From: Candidatus Wolframiiraptor sinensis
Lineage (GTDB): Archaea > Thermoproteota > Nitrososphaeria_A > Caldarchaeales > Wolframiiraptoraceae
Length of the DNA: 24,000 nt
Reading direction: 5' to 3'
Assembly (NCBI GenBank): GCA_023261815.1
Contig: JALNKA010000002.1
Span: forward strand, 75,745 to 99,744
In this document: in pieces, positions 16,702-24,000 of the stretch
How positions within the stretch are numbered: the first letter of the stretch is position 1
Layout: each line of letters starts with the position of its first letter
Made by a program: the position numbers and the translations under genes
Notes under the pieces: generated by a model
Databases searched by the model: none
What the model saw: only the letters and a program-made list of their open reading frames with translations
What the model was told of the DNA's origin: nothing

Positions 16702-18156
16702 ATGCCGCAGGTTCCACTGGAGCGTGTGGATGAGGTTGTCTGGAGGATTCCGAAGCATAGGCCGGATATGCGCGTCCCAGTTCTAGTTTTCGCCTCAGAG
16801 GATCTGCTGGAGAAGATGATGCAGGATAGGACGCTCATCCAGGCGGCTAACGTGGCCACGTTGCCCGGGATACTGAAGCACGCGGTGGTTCTGCCGGATG
16901 CCCACGAGGGCTACGGCTTCCCCATAGGAGGAGTTGGAGCAACAGACTACGAGGATGGAGTCATCTCCCCGGGGGGAGTCGGCTATGACATAAACTGCGG
17001 GGTCAGGCTGATGGTCACCAACTTGGATGAGAAGGATGTTAGGCCGAGAATCCAGGAGCTGGTAAACACGATATTCAGGAATGTCCCCTCAGGACTCGGA
17101 TCTAGGAGAAGAGACTTCCAGGTTACTAGAAGCGAGCTCGATAGAATAGCGGTTGAGGGCGCGAGATATGTCATCGAGAAGTTCGGGCTGGGATGGCCCG
17201 AGGACCTAAAGCACATCGAGGAGGAGGGTTGCTTGGAGGGAGCTGACCCGAGCTACGTGAGCGCGGCGGCGAGGGAGCGAGGCCTGCCCCAGATAGGCAC
17301 GCTGGGAAGCGGCAACCACTTCCTAGAAATCCAAGTAGTCGATAAGATATTCGATGAGAGAGCTGCCAAGCAGATGGGCATAACCCATAAGGGGCAGGTG
17401 ACAGTCCTCGTCCACACGGGGAGCAGGGGCTATGGCCACCAGATCTGCAGCGACTATCTCAGGGTCATGGAGAGGGCCGCGCACAAGTATGGGATAAGGC
17501 TCCCGGATAGGGAGCTCGCATGCGCGCCGGCTAATAGCAAGGAGGCCGAGAGCTATCTGAAGGCATTCGCCTGCGCCGTTAACTTCGCCTTTGCGAATAG
17601 GCAGGCGATAAGCCACTGGATTAGGCAGAGCTTCGCGGAGGTGTTCAGGCAGCCGGCCGAGGCCATGGGACTCCAGCTCATCTACGATGTTGCTCATAAC
17701 ATCGTCAAGCTCGAGGAGCACGTGATCGACGGCGCGAGGAGGAAGGTCTGGGTTCACAGGAAGGGCGCAACGAGAAGCTTTCCAGCCGGCCACCCGCTCG
17801 TCCCAGAGGACTACAAGGATATCGGGCAGCCCGTTCTTCTTCCCGGATCGATGGGCACAGCCAGCTGGGTTCTTCTCGGAAGCCCGAAGGCCATGGAGAT
17901 GACCTTCGGCAGCACGGCTCATGGCGCTGGCAGGACCGCGAGCAGGGCTGAGGCGAAGAGAAGGCTCACCGCAAGCCAGGTCATAGACGCCCTCAGCAGG
18001 AAGGGGATATACATCAAGAGCGATAGCATGGAGACCGTAGTCGAGGAGGCCGACCAAGCATACAAGAACGTTGACATAGTCGCTGAGGTGAGCCATCGAG
18101 CCGGCATAGGAACCAAGGTCGCAAGACTGATACCGATGGGCGTCGTGAAGGGCTAG
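16702..18156 (+). CDS. rtcB: RNA-splicing ligase RtcB (3'-phosphate/5'-hydroxyl RNA ligase)
   Basis: 484 aa with PDAHEGYGFPIGGV, GYDINCGVR, GSGNHFLE and HTGSRGYGHQ. No intein insertion. Confidence 0.95.
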   Translation: MPQVPLERVDEVVWRIPKHRPDMRVPVLVFASEDLLEKMMQDRTLIQAANVATLPGILKHAVVLPDAHEGYGFPIGGVGATDYEDGVISPGGVGYDINCGVRLMVTNLDEKDVRPRIQELVNTIFRNVPSGLGSRRRDFQVTRSELDRIAVEGARYVIEKFGLGWPEDLKHIEEEGCLEGADPSYVSAAARERGLPQIGTLGSGNHFLEIQVVDKIFDERAAKQMGITHKGQVTVLVHTGSRGYGHQICSDYLRVMERAAHKYGIRLPDRELACAPANSKEAESYLKAFACAVNFAFANRQAISHWIRQSFAEVFRQPAEAMGLQLIYDVAHNIVKLEEHVIDGARRKVWVHRKGATRSFPAGHPLVPEDYKDIGQPVLLPGSMGTASWVLLGSPKAMEMTFGSTAHGAGRTASRAEAKRRLTASQVIDALSRKGIYIKSDSMETVVEEADQAYKNVDIVAEVSHRAGIGTKVARLIPMGVVKG

Positions 18157-18159
18157 AGC

Positions 18160-18396
18160 ATGCTCGGCAAGGAGATCCTCAGCCCCCTCATGCTCCTCGG
18201 AATAATGCTGATGATGGTTGGAGCGATTTTGCTAATCCTCCCGCTGATCGCGAGAATGGGGATAAGGCTCGAGGAAGTCCACCCGCTAATACTCCTCGGA
18301 AAGAGATTTGATGGAGTTTATATCGGGACGTCTCCGCTGCTGATAATAATCATGGCCGCGCTATACATCGCGTTCCTTCTTCTGAGGCGGGGCTAA
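18160..18396 (+). CDS. Small two-helix membrane protein (DUF2905-like architecture)
   Basis: 78 aa with two hydrophobic helices. The ATG lies 3 nt after the rtcB stop. The family call is tentative. Confidence 0.5.
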   Translation: MLGKEILSPLMLLGIMLMMVGAILLILPLIARMGIRLEEVHPLILLGKRFDGVYIGTSPLLIIIMAALYIAFLLLRRG

Positions 18397-19034
18397 ACAA
18401 GCCTCCTAACCCTCATGAGATAGTTCAGGACCTGGTCATCGCTCAGCTGGGAGAAATCGTAGTAGAACTGGCCTATCGCGAAGAATGGGGTCGGGGTCTC
18501 GAGACACCTCACATCATCCACCTCTCTCGAGAGCTTTGGAAGAGTCTCCGGGGGAGCTACGGGCACGGCGATGACGAGCCTTCTTGGCTCAAGCTTCCTG
18601 AGAAATCTCGCGGTTGCTATAATCGTGGCGCCAGTTGCCACACCATCATCAACGAGGATCACGATGTAATCCTTGAGCGCTGGCAAAGGCTTGCCGCCTC
18701 GATATAGCTCGATTCTCCGCCTCACCTCCCTGAGCTCCCTCTCTCCCTCGCTTCTTATCCAGTCAAGGCTGACTCCCACGAGCCTGGCGACCTCCTCATC
18801 CACGTATATCGTCCCGTCCTCCGCGACCGCTCCGACCGCGAGCTCGGGATCCATCGGCGCCCCAATCTTCCTCGGCACGGTGACCTCCAGCGGAGAATCT
18901 AGCCTCATTGCTAGGACGTATCCGACCTCAACCCCTCCCCTCGGAATAGCTATTATGGCTAGTCTCTCGCCACGATAATTGGATAGAAGCTCGGCCAGCT
19001 TCTCGCCCGCATCAAGCCTATCCCTGAAGATCAT
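18393..19034 (-). CDS. Phosphoribosyltransferase-domain protein (COG1926 type)
   Basis: 213 aa. The PRPP-binding loop is VILVDDGVATGATI and the N-terminus is FRDRLDAGEKLAELL..IPRGGV. Confidence 0.85.
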   Translation of the reverse strand: MIFRDRLDAGEKLAELLSNYRGERLAIIAIPRGGVEVGYVLAMRLDSPLEVTVPRKIGAPMDPELAVGAVAEDGTIYVDEEVARLVGVSLDWIRSEGERELREVRRRIELYRGGKPLPALKDYIVILVDDGVATGATIIATARFLRKLEPRRLVIAVPVAPPETLPKLSREVDDVRCLETPTPFFAIGQFYYDFSQLSDDQVLNYLMRVRRLV

Positions 19035-19091
19035 CTCCGAGATCGAGATGCGTGGGATAGCTTATCAAGTTTCTCCGCGCCCTCGGCAATA

Positions 19092-19099
19092 CTTATTAA
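19092..19099 (+). promoter_or_regulatory. TATA-like box (CTTATTAA) for rpoP
   Basis: Centred about 24-30 nt upstream of ATG 19119 / ATG 19125. Confidence 0.45.
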
Positions 19100-19118
19100 C
19101 CGCGGGCTGCCCGCCTCC

Positions 19119-19334
19119 ATGGAAATGTCCTCTCAGCAGGAGTCCGCTGCTAGCATCATCTACCAGTGCGTCTGGTGCGGGAAGAAGTTCGAGAAGAGAA
19201 TGCTCTCGAAGATAGCCGAGACTAGGTGCCCATATTGCGGGTTCAACGTGATAATGAAGGCGAGGTCGCCGACGGCGAAGCTGATAGTATCCTCGAAGCT
19301 GACGGAGGAGCAGAGGCTCCTGACCGAAGACTAG
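19119..19334 (+). CDS. rpoP: DNA-directed RNA polymerase subunit P (Rpo12), with terminal extensions
   Basis: Zinc-ribbon core [11 protein letters not shown]-x13[14 protein letters not shown], flanked by ~13 extra N-terminal and ~13-20 extra C-terminal residues. Confidence 0.8.
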   Translation: MEMSSQQESAASIIYQCVWCGKKFEKRMLSKIAETRCPYCGFNVIMKARSPTAKLIVSSKLTEEQRLLTED

Positions 19335-19717
19335 CCCTTAATCCCCCTCATCTCATTAATCTTCTTAACGACCTCATCCATGAAGTCCTTGGCATCTCCT
19401 GGCTCTATTATCGAGACGGAGCTGGCGCTAACTTGAAGGCCCGCGGCCTCCCCCAGCTCCCTCTTAGAAGCGACGAAAGTATAGGGTATCTTGCGCTCAT
19501 CGCATAATGTCGGCAGGAATGCGACTATCTCCGGGGGATCCACGTCCATGGCTATCACGACGAACTTCGCCTGACCTCGCTCGATCGACTTGATGACCTC
19601 ATTCACGCCCTTCCTGATCTTGCCCGTCTCCCTGGCGAGCCTCACTACCTCGAGAGTCGCCTTCATCAGCTCCTCAGGAACCTCGAACGTTACATAACTG
19701 GGCTTCGGATTAGGCAT
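19331..19717 (-). CDS. rpl7ae: Ribosomal protein L7Ae (eL8 family, K-turn binding)
   Basis: 128 aa with [34 protein letters not shown] and typical length. Confidence 0.95.
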   Translation of the reverse strand: MPNPKPSYVTFEVPEELMKATLEVVRLARETGKIRKGVNEVIKSIERGQAKFVVIAMDVDPPEIVAFLPTLCDERKIPYTFVASKRELGEAAGLQVSASSVSIIEPGDAKDFMDEVVKKINEMRGIKG

Positions 19718-19792
19718 ACGCCCTCATCTCCCCAGCACTTCATGAGAGCCCAAGCTAAAAACTTTCCCCCAGGCCCTCGATGATCGGAGAAC

Positions 19793-19800
19793 GTTATAAG
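19793..19800 (+). promoter_or_regulatory. TATA-like box (GTTATAAG) for gltX
   Basis: It is centred about 29 nt upstream of ATG 19826 but ends only 4 nt before ATG 19805. This argues that 19826 is the real start. Confidence 0.45.
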
Positions 19801-19825
19801 ATGGATGCTTCAAGTCGCTGTGAAG

Positions 19826-21544
19826 ATGAGCCTGGATGAGATGGCCCTGAAGTGGGCGCTGAAGAACGCCGTCGAGCATGATGGAAAGGCGATGGTCGGT
19901 CCCGTCATCGCGAAGATGCTCGGCGAGAGGCCGGAGCTCAAGACAAACATCGGGAGCGTTAGAAGAGCCGCTGAAGCAGCCGTCGAGAAGGTTAACTCGA
20001 TGAGTCTCGAGGAGCAGCGAGCACTGCTCGCGCGGATAGCGCCGGAGCTCCTTGAAGCTAAGCGCGTTGAGAAGAAGAGGCTTCCGCCCTTACCTGGAGC
20101 TGAGCCGGGCAAGGTCATCACTAGGCTGCCTCCGGAGCCGAGCGGATACATGCATATAGGCCACGCGATGAGCGGCCTCCTAAACTATCTCTATGCGAGG
20201 ATGTATGGTGGCGTGATCTGGCTGAGATTCGAGGACACGGATCCCCGGAAGGTCAAGCCGGAATACTATGAGAGCTTCAGGAAGGGGTATAAGTGGCTTG
20301 GGATAGAGTGGGATCACGAGAAGAATAACAGCGACGACATGGAGTTATTCTACAGGTACGCGGAGCAGCTCATCAAGTCCGGTAAAGCATACGTATGCAC
20401 GTGCCCCGCTGAGAAGATCAGGAGGCTTAGGGCGCTAGGCGAGGAGTGCGAGCACAGATCCCATGGAGCTGATGAGAACCTGCATCTGTGGAATGAGATG
20501 CTCGCTGGAGGATTCGGCGAGGGCGAGGCGATACTGAGGCTGGTCGGGGACATGAAGCACGCGAATACCACGATGAGAGATCCGGCTTTATTCAGGATAA
20601 TAGAGCATGAGCATCCACTCACCGGAGACCGGTATAGGGTCTGGCCCCTCTACGACTTCGCGGTCTCGATCGAGGACTACCTTTGCGGGGTTACGCACGT
20701 CCTTAGGACAAGCGAATTCGCCCTGAGAGACGAGCTCCAGAACTACATCAGGAGCCTGCTCGGCATAAGCCGCCACCCGATATACATCGAGTACTCGAGG
20801 TTCGAGTTCCAGGGCACGCCGGTCTCGAAGAGGAGGCTTAGAGCGGTACTCGAGGCCGGCCTCGCGAGAAGCTGGGATGACCCGCGGTTTCCAACCATCG
20901 AGGGGATCAGGAGAAGGGGGATACTCCCGGAGGCGATAAGGGAGTTCACGATAACGCAGACGGGCTTCTCTTACGCGAAGCGGGAGTACGACTGGTCGCT
21001 CCTCTTCGCGATAAATAGGAGGATCTTGGACCCTGTTGCGAGAAGGCTCTTCTTCGCGCCTAACCCCGTTAAGCTCCTCATTGATGGAGCGCCCGAGATA
21101 TCCGTGGAGGCGCCATATCATCCATCGAATATGGATCTCGGATCGAGGAACCTCAGGGCCGGCGGCGAGCTCTACATATCGGGAATCGATGCTGAGAGGA
21201 TGAGACCCGGCGACGTTTACAGGCTGAAATACCTCATGAACTTCAAAGTCCTAGAAGTTAGCGGGAATATTATCCGAGCGGAGTTCATGGGCAGGGAGCC
21301 GATAAGGGATGTGCAGATAATCCAGTGGGTTCCCGCGGGCGAGTGCGTCGAGGTCGAGGTCCTAGTCCCCGGCGTGCTATACGTCAATGACGAGATAAAT
21401 CAGGAAAGCTTGAGGATCGTGAGGGGCCTCGGAGAAAGGGCCGTCGAGACGGTGAGGCTCGATGAGATAGTTCAGTTCGAGAGATTCGGCTTCTGCAGAA
21501 GGGACTCGGCGAGCGAGCTGAGATTCATCTTCGCCCACGACTAG
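19826..21544 (+). CDS. gltX: Glutamyl-tRNA synthetase, archaeal type (the ORF-track start 19805 is probably too long)
   Basis: PEPSGYMHIGHA (HIGH motif), class I catalytic core, GTPVSKRRL (KMSKS-like) and a Cys/His cluster CTCPAEK..CEHRSH. From ATG 19826 the N-terminus MSLDEMALKWALKNAVEHDGKA fits the family. Confidence 0.92.
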   Translation: MSLDEMALKWALKNAVEHDGKAMVGPVIAKMLGERPELKTNIGSVRRAAEAAVEKVNSMSLEEQRALLARIAPELLEAKRVEKKRLPPLPGAEPGKVITRLPPEPSGYMHIGHAMSGLLNYLYARMYGGVIWLRFEDTDPRKVKPEYYESFRKGYKWLGIEWDHEKNNSDDMELFYRYAEQLIKSGKAYVCTCPAEKIRRLRALGEECEHRSHGADENLHLWNEMLAGGFGEGEAILRLVGDMKHANTTMRDPALFRIIEHEHPLTGDRYRVWPLYDFAVSIEDYLCGVTHVLRTSEFALRDELQNYIRSLLGISRHPIYIEYSRFEFQGTPVSKRRLRAVLEAGLARSWDDPRFPTIEGIRRRGILPEAIREFTITQTGFSYAKREYDWSLLFAINRRILDPVARRLFFAPNPVKLLIDGAPEISVEAPYHPSNMDLGSRNLRAGGELYISGIDAERMRPGDVYRLKYLMNFKVLEVSGNIIRAEFMGREPIRDVQIIQWVPAGECVEVEVLVPGVLYVNDEINQESLRIVRGLGERAVETVRLDEIVQFERFGFCRRDSASELRFIFAHD

Positions 21545-22622
21545 CCTTTCGAGCTCTTTGCGAAGCCCACTCGCTGAGAGGCCCCAAGAGAACATACCTG
21601 CATCTCTTAAGATCCGATATTGTTTTCGAGCCTGTTAGAAGCATCGCGACCCTTAGCTCCTCCGCCACGCGCGCGATCATCTTCTCAACATGCTCGGGCC
21701 CGGCTAGAGCTGGCTTGAGGAGCGGGCGGGCCATGCCGACGAAGTCAGCTCCAATGGCCATGGCCTTAGCGGCTTGAAGACCATTCCTTATTCCTCCCGA
21801 CGCTATTAAATCCAGCCCCCTGACCCTGGAGACCTCGAGTATGGAGGCGGCGGTCGGTATGCCCCATTCTGAGTATAGCTCCGCAATTAGGGCTTTGGCT
21901 GCGTTTAAGCCCTTAACCCTCTCGGCTTCTATCTTGGCCCAGTTGGTCCCGCCCGCGCCGGCGACATCCACGGCCTTAACACCGGCCTTGGCGAGCCTCT
22001 CAGCGACCTCGCGCGAGACGCCGAACCCAACCTCCTTCACGATCACCGGAACATCCAGCTTCTCGCACAGCAACTCGATCGCGCGGAGTATCCCTTTGAA
22101 GCTCCTAGAGCCCTCGGGCTGAATAATTTCCTGGAGAACATTCAGGTGTATCGCGAGAGCATCGGCCTCGATCATCTCCACAGCCCTCTCCGCGTAGCCG
22201 ACGCCGTGCTTCGCGAGCTCCACACCGCTAAGGTTTCCGATTAGAAAGCATCGGGGAGCAATCTTCCTCACGATATCATAAGTCTCCGCGAGCGCTGGGT
22301 TCTCGATTCCCGCGCGCTGGCTTCCAACGCCCATCGGTATATTGAGCTTCTCAGCGGCCTCGGCCAGGTTCCTGTTGATCTCGTAAGCCTCCCGAGCCCC
22401 GCCGGTCATACCCTCAATCAGGATGGGGTAGGAGAATTTCCTGCCGAGAAGTCTTGCCTCGAGAGAGATCTCATCCCAGCTTAGCTCTGGCAGAGCATTA
22501 TGGATGAGCTCGACGTGCTCGAGCCAGGTCGTCTTCTCAGAGAAATCAGCCTCATCGCCTAAGTCCAGGCACAGGCTGATATGATCCCTCTTCCTCTCCT
22601 CAATCCCTCCCATGTGTCTCAA
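21525..22622 (-). CDS. fni: Type 2 isopentenyl-diphosphate delta-isomerase (FMN-dependent)
   Basis: IEERKRDHISLCL at the N-terminus, AGAGGTNWAKIE, ASGGIRNG and a TIM-barrel length. The TTG at 22622 or, more likely, the ATG at 22613 is the start. The 3' end overlaps gltX by 20 nt. Confidence 0.92.
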   Translation of the reverse strand: MRHMGGIEERKRDHISLCLDLGDEADFSEKTTWLEHVELIHNALPELSWDEISLEARLLGRKFSYPILIEGMTGGAREAYEINRNLAEAAEKLNIPMGVGSQRAGIENPALAETYDIVRKIAPRCFLIGNLSGVELAKHGVGYAERAVEMIEADALAIHLNVLQEIIQPEGSRSFKGILRAIELLCEKLDVPVIVKEVGFGVSREVAERLAKAGVKAVDVAGAGGTNWAKIEAERVKGLNAAKALIAELYSEWGIPTAASILEVSRVRGLDLIASGGIRNGLQAAKAMAIGADFVGMARPLLKPALAGPEHVEKMIARVAEELRVAMLLTGSKTISDLKRCRYVLLGPLSEWASQRARKASRGRR

Positions 22623-22639
22623 GCCAGTAAACGAAATGA

Positions 22640-22647
22640 TATATAGC
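22640..22647. promoter_or_regulatory. Palindromic TATA-like element (ATATATAG) between divergent fni and MEMO-like genes
   Basis: It is centred about 30 nt from the fni ATG (22613) on one side. On the other side it is about 31 nt from the TTG (22675) of the MEMO-like gene. Confidence 0.35.
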
Positions 22648-22674
22648 TGATGCTGACGATATATTTGCCCGGCC

Positions 22675-23523
22675 TTGGCTAGGAGGAGGCCCGCGGTCTC
22701 AGGAATGTTCTATCCATCGGCGCGAGAAAGCCTGCTAAGGGAGATAGAATCCTGCTTCCTGCATATGCTCGGGCCTGGAGCGCTCCCGAGGAGAGTTAAG
22801 GGGGATAAGAGGCCGAGCGCCCTGATCTCGCCCCATGCCGGCTACATGTACTCAGGGCCCGTCGCCGCTCACGCTTATGCGCAGCTGGATGAATGCAGGG
22901 TTGAGACGGCCATATTACTCGGCCCAAATCACTATGGTGTTGGAACTCCTGTCTCCATCTTCCCGGAGGGCGTCTGGGCGACGCCGCTCGGCGAGATCCC
23001 GATCGACACCGAGCTGGCCATGGAGCTATCAAGGATATCCGACGTCTTCTCCTTGGACGAGATATCCCATGAGCACGAGCACTCGATAGAGGTTCAGCTG
23101 CCATTCCTCCAATACGTTGTCGGCGGCTTCAAGCTGGTCCCAATATGCATGCTAGACCAGAGCATCGAGACTGCCATGAGGGTTGGCGAGGCGATAGCAG
23201 AGATCCTCAGGAGGAGGAATGATGTCGCCCTGATAGCATCAAGTGACATGACGCATTATGAGCCCCATGAGCGCGCGTGCAGAAAGGATTCCATAGCGCT
23301 GGAGAAGATAAGAAGCCTGGACGTCGAGGGCCTCTACGAGGCAATTCTCGAGCACGATATATCCATGTGCGGATATGGGCCTGTGGCCGCGGTGCTCCAC
23401 GCCTGCAGGAGAATTGGTGCCCATCAAGCCGAGGTCCTGAAATATGCCACGAGCGGCGACATATCCGGCGACTACAGCTCCGTCGTCGGCTACGCGGCCG
23501 TCAAGATAGGGCTTCCAGAGTAG
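22675..23523 (+). CDS. MEMO1 family protein (AmmeMemoRadiSam system protein B homolog)
   Basis: 282 aa with RRPAVSGMFYP, SPHAGYMYSGPVAAHAY and EHSIEVQLPFLQ. TTG start. Confidence 0.85.
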   Translation: MARRRPAVSGMFYPSARESLLREIESCFLHMLGPGALPRRVKGDKRPSALISPHAGYMYSGPVAAHAYAQLDECRVETAILLGPNHYGVGTPVSIFPEGVWATPLGEIPIDTELAMELSRISDVFSLDEISHEHEHSIEVQLPFLQYVVGGFKLVPICMLDQSIETAMRVGEAIAEILRRRNDVALIASSDMTHYEPHERACRKDSIALEKIRSLDVEGLYEAILEHDISMCGYGPVAAVLHACRRIGAHQAEVLKYATSGDISGDYSSVVGYAAVKIGLPE

Positions 23524-23576
23524 CCCGGGAAAAGGGTTAAGAGGAGAGCCTTTACCTCGTCTGGAAGAGGCTGGCG

Positions 23577-23798
23577 ATGAGCAAGAGGGTTGAGAAGATC
23601 GAGGAGCCCGTCCCAGCGGTCGTCGAGCAGATAGTGGGCAGGACCGGCGTAACCGGCGAGGTTACCCAGGTCAGAGTCAGGATACTCGAGGGAAGGGATG
23701 CTGGTAGGGTCATCTCGAGGAACGTCAAGGGTCCGGTGAGGATCGGAGACATCATAATGCTCTTGGACACTGAGAGGGAAGCTGAGAAGATAAGGTAA
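23577..23798 (+). CDS. rps28e: Ribosomal protein S28e
   Basis: 73 aa with [49 protein letters not shown]. Confidence 0.93.
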   Translation: MSKRVEKIEEPVPAVVEQIVGRTGVTGEVTQVRVRILEGRDAGRVISRNVKGPVRIGDIIMLLDTEREAEKIR

Positions 23799-23813
23799 GG
23801 CGGGGTGGCTGCC

Positions 23814-24000
23814 ATGCCGACGAGGCATAAATGCGCCTTCTGCGGGAGAGAGTTCCTCCACGGCAAGGGCATGCTATACGTGAGGAATGATGGGTCGCAG
23901 CTCTGGTTCTGCTCTAGGAAATGCAGGATCAGCATGATAGACCTGAGGAGGGATCCGCGCAAATTCAAGTGGACGGAGAAGTACGCGCCCGAGACCATCA
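23814..24000 (+). CDS. rpl24e: Ribosomal protein L24e, N-terminal 62 codons (3' end runs off the window)
   Basis: Absent from the ORF track. My translation from ATG 23814 gives MPTRHKCAFCGREFLHGKGMLYVRNDGSQLWFCSRKCRISMIDLRRDPRKFKWTEKY, the L24e zinc-ribbon signature C-x2-C...C-x3-C. Confidence 0.9.
   Translation, partial: MPTRHKCAFCGREFLHGKGMLYVRNDGSQLWFCSRKCRISMIDLRRDPRKFKWTEKYAPETI

Noticed and set aside
17323-18096. Long antisense ORFs inside well-supported genes. Examples are 257 aa opposite rtcB, 169 aa at 14794-15303 and 127 aa at 15282-15665 opposite cdc48, 169 aa at 7807-8316 opposite the methyltransferase, 193 aa at 2810-3391 opposite the protease, 193 aa at 8513-9094 opposite FAH, and 177 aa at 20588-21121 opposite gltX.
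   Set aside because: Their products are low-complexity and rich in Arg, Ser, Pro and Leu, with no recognisable motifs. They lack promoter-like boxes. They are the expected shadow frames of GC-rich genes with strong codon periodicity, and in each case the sense gene carries the clear family signatures.
19720-19749. An 8-bp hairpin (GCUCUCAU/AUGAGGGC, specific to the minus-strand RNA through a G-U pair) with UGA/GAUGA words, just upstream of the rpl7ae start codon. I considered it as an L7Ae autoregulatory K-turn.
   Set aside because: The best TATA-like box (19757-19761) predicts a transcription start near 19732, inside the hairpin loop, so the 5' arm would not be transcribed. I also could not draw a proper K-turn (3-nt bulge plus tandem G-A pairs) from the loop.

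Overview
The window reads as a compact archaeal chromosomal segment of mostly housekeeping genes. Archaeal markers are L7Ae, S28e, L24e, RNA polymerase subunit P, RtcB, Cdc48, archaeal-type GluRS, type-2 IPP isomerase and two geranylgeranyl-reductase paralogs. AGG/AGA Arg and ATA Ile codon usage, plus A/T-rich TATA-like boxes centred about 26 nt upstream of many start codons (near-leaderless mRNAs), suggest a thermophilic TACK/Thermoproteota-like organism; that assignment is inference only. I support about 27 protein-coding genes. Two of them, the partial trxB at the left edge and the partial rpl24e at the right edge, are absent from the ORF track. I found no rRNA, tRNA, CRISPR array or recognisable mobile element. 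Most of the window is ordinary core genome, so I do not claim a clear novel system. The observations worth a second look are:
- a DNA methyltransferase whose conserved-looking N-terminus is cut off at UUU-UUU-CUU-UAA, an RF2-like +1 frameshift context;
- an SDR gene broken by a perfect 11-bp tandem duplication, and a perfect in-frame 12-bp tandem duplication in a membrane protein;
- a ~1-kb low-GC, nearly gene-free island (11.5-12.5 kb) holding one ORFan with its own leaderless-type promoter, a strongly G-depleted tract and short repeated motifs;
- a translationally coupled pair made of a DUF438/hemerythrin/PAS protein and a Cys-containing HTH regulator, with a palindrome over the operon start codon;
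- four of six convergent gene pairs ending in overlapping stop codons within a CTAG or CTAA tetranucleotide.
All protein-family calls come from motif recognition by eye. No database search was run.
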